Assembly (NCBI GenBank): GCA_049317385.1
Contig: JBMOIJ010000005.1
Coordinates: 43,800 to 107,799, forward strand
Length of the DNA stretch: 64,000 nucleotides
From: Acidimicrobiia bacterium
GTDB taxonomy: Bacteria; Actinomycetota; Acidimicrobiia; IMCC26256; JBMOIJ01
Direction of reading: 5' to 3'
A program made the position numbers and the translations under genes. Each line of letters opens with the position of its first letter. Positions within the stretch are counted from its first letter, which is position 1. Shown here piece by piece: positions 62,739 through 64,000 of this stretch. The notes under the pieces were generated by a model. It saw nothing but the letters and a program-made list of their open reading frames with translations. It was not told the origin of the DNA and made no database searches.

Positions 62739-64000
62739 ATGACCACGTTGACTGACGCTACTGCGGACCCCGAACCCGCCCCGGCCGTCGAGCCGTCGCG
62801 TCGTCGCGCGGGCGCCCCCATGAGGTGGGCGCAGATCGCCGTGATGGGCGCGGTCACGGCATTCGTCATCTGGCGCCTGGCTCCGGGAGAGATCTTCCGC
62901 AACACGGTTCCAACCGGCGGCGACCTCGGCGCGCACGTGTGGGGTCCTGCGTACCTGCGGGATCACCTGCTGCCCCTGCGGTTCTCGGGTTGGGCGCCAG
63001 ACTGGTTCGCCGGGTTTCCCGCGTACCGCTTCTACATGGTGCTGCCGGCACTCGCGGTCGTCGTGCTCAACGTCCTCTTGCCGTACGGCGTCGCGCTCAA
63101 GATGGTGGTCGCAAGCGGGGTAGTGGCACTCCCGTGGTGTGCGTGGGGCTGCGTACGACTCATGGGGACGCGCGCGCCGGCACCCGAATGTGCCGCCATC
63201 GCAACACTGCCGTTCCTGTTCGACACGTCGTTCGCGATCTACGGCGGGAACCTCGGCTCCACCCTGGCGGGCGAATACGCCTACGGAATCTCGTTGTGCT
63301 TTGCGCTGCTTGCCATCGGCGTTGCCGCCCGCGGGTTGGCAACCGGTCGACACCGCGCGGCACTTGCGCTGCTCCTCGCCGGCTGCGCGCTCAGCCACGT
63401 GATCCCGGCGTTCTTCGCGGCGGCGGGCGTCTTGGTGATGCTCGCGTTCCGGCCCGATCGCACGCGGGTGCGATGGTTGGTCCCGGTGGTGGCCACTGCA
63501 GTCGCACTGACAGCCTTCTGGCTGCTCCCGTTCGTCGGGAACCACGCAGGCTTCAATGACATGGGATGGGTGAAGCGCACCGACATCGGCGCCGCGTTGC
63601 TCACTGGTCCCATGCGGCTCGCGCTTCCGCTTGCGGGTATCGCAGTGCTGGGTGCGGCTATCGACCGACGACGGCCGGCCCTCCAACTCGCCGCGTTGGC
63701 AGCCGTCGTTGCACTCGCGTTCGTGTTGCTTCCCGAGGCTGCGTTGTGGAACGCCCGCCTCCTCCCGTTCTGGTACGTGACGGTGTGGATCCTCGCCGGG
63801 ATCGGCGTGGCAACCGCTGCGAACTGGTTGGCCGAACTCGTCAATGTGGAGGTGGGCCCGCGCTTTGCGCATTGGGTCGGTCCCGCCGTGGTCACTGCGA
63901 TGGCCTTCATCGTCCTGGTCGCAGTGGCCCGACCGTTGGGCGCACTTCCTGCGTGGGCTCCGTTTGCGCCCAGCGTCGCGTCGCAGAGTTGGTTGGCCTA
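62739..64000 (+). CDS. integral membrane protein, N-terminal ~420 aa (partial; runs off the window); possibly a GT-C-like glycosyltransferase
   Basis: Not in the supplied ORF track because the frame has no stop before 64000. I translated it by hand from ATG 62739 and found no stop. Codons are GC3-rich. More than 8 hydrophobic helices, and the motif GGDLGAHVWGPAYLRDHLLP...GWAPDWFAGFPAYRFY. The antisense ORF 62724..63872 is therefore spurious. Confidence 0.6.
   Translation, partial: MTTLTDATADPEPAPAVEPSRRRAGAPMRWAQIAVMGAVTAFVIWRLAPGEIFRNTVPTGGDLGAHVWGPAYLRDHLLPLRFSGWAPDWFAGFPAYRFYMVLPALAVVVLNVLLPYGVALKMVVASGVVALPWCAWGCVRLMGTRAPAPECAAIATLPFLFDTSFAIYGGNLGSTLAGEYAYGISLCFALLAIGVAARGLATGRHRAALALLLAGCALSHVIPAFFAAAGVLVMLAFRPDRTRVRWLVPVVATAVALTAFWLLPFVGNHAGFNDMGWVKRTDIGAALLTGPMRLALPLAGIAVLGAAIDRRRPALQLAALAAVVALAFVLLPEAALWNARLLPFWYVTVWILAGIGVATAANWLAELVNVEVGPRFAHWVGPAVVTAMAFIVLVAVARPLGALPAWAPFAPSVASQSWLA

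Noticed and set aside
62724-63872. A 382-aa minus-strand ORF listed in the track.
   Set aside because: The opposite strand carries an open-ended, TM-rich, GC3-biased frame from ATG 62739. The minus-strand product is charged and of low complexity.

Overview
The window is a densely packed, visibly GC-rich chromosomal segment; GC content was not computed. I call about 71 protein-coding genes, with intergenic gaps mostly under 120 nt and frequent ATGA/GTGA stop-start overlaps. It is most likely from Actinomycetota. This is an inference from gene content: fused CofG/CofH fbiC, an LLM-class F420 enzyme, a heterodimeric lycopene cyclase, a PIG-L/LmbE deacetylase, a DUF2510-type protein, ctaA/ctaB, and a leaderless-type promoter.

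I found no rRNA, tRNA, CRISPR array, transposase, integrase or phage gene. This looks like core chromosome rather than an accessory island.

Recognisable blocks:
- metG.
- A carotenoid cluster: polyprenyl synthase, crtI, crtB, crtZ and a split lycopene cyclase, with an embedded cytochrome c gene.
- Two ABC-2 exporter pairs.
- Heme A/O synthesis genes ctaA and ctaB, with a TlpA-like redoxin.
- A 16-kb same-strand array: nagA, lutABC, a hypothetical gene, FIST, tkt, tal, pgl, fbiC, adenosine kinase and two LOG paralogues.
- A PAS-GGDEF-EAL protein.
- A circularly permuted ATP-grasp / alpha-E / transglutaminase triad.

I see no clear-cut new defence or mobile system. The observations I think most worth follow-up are:
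1. Tandem LOG-family paralogues, one fused to about 430 aa of unassignable helical sequence, next to adenosine kinase.
2. A hairpin-forming intergenic element of about 42 nt, present twice with a compensatory stem pattern.
3. A KamB/NpmA-like 16S rRNA methyltransferase divergent from a coupled LMW-phosphatase / pentapeptide-repeat pair.
4. A leaderless-type operon encoding a coiled-coil protein and an NlpC/P60 hydrolase without a signal peptide.
5. A PhnZ-like HD protein coupled to an alpha/beta hydrolase.
6. An open-ended membrane-protein gene at the right edge that the ORF track omits.

All family assignments come from motif recognition in the supplied translations. No database search was run.
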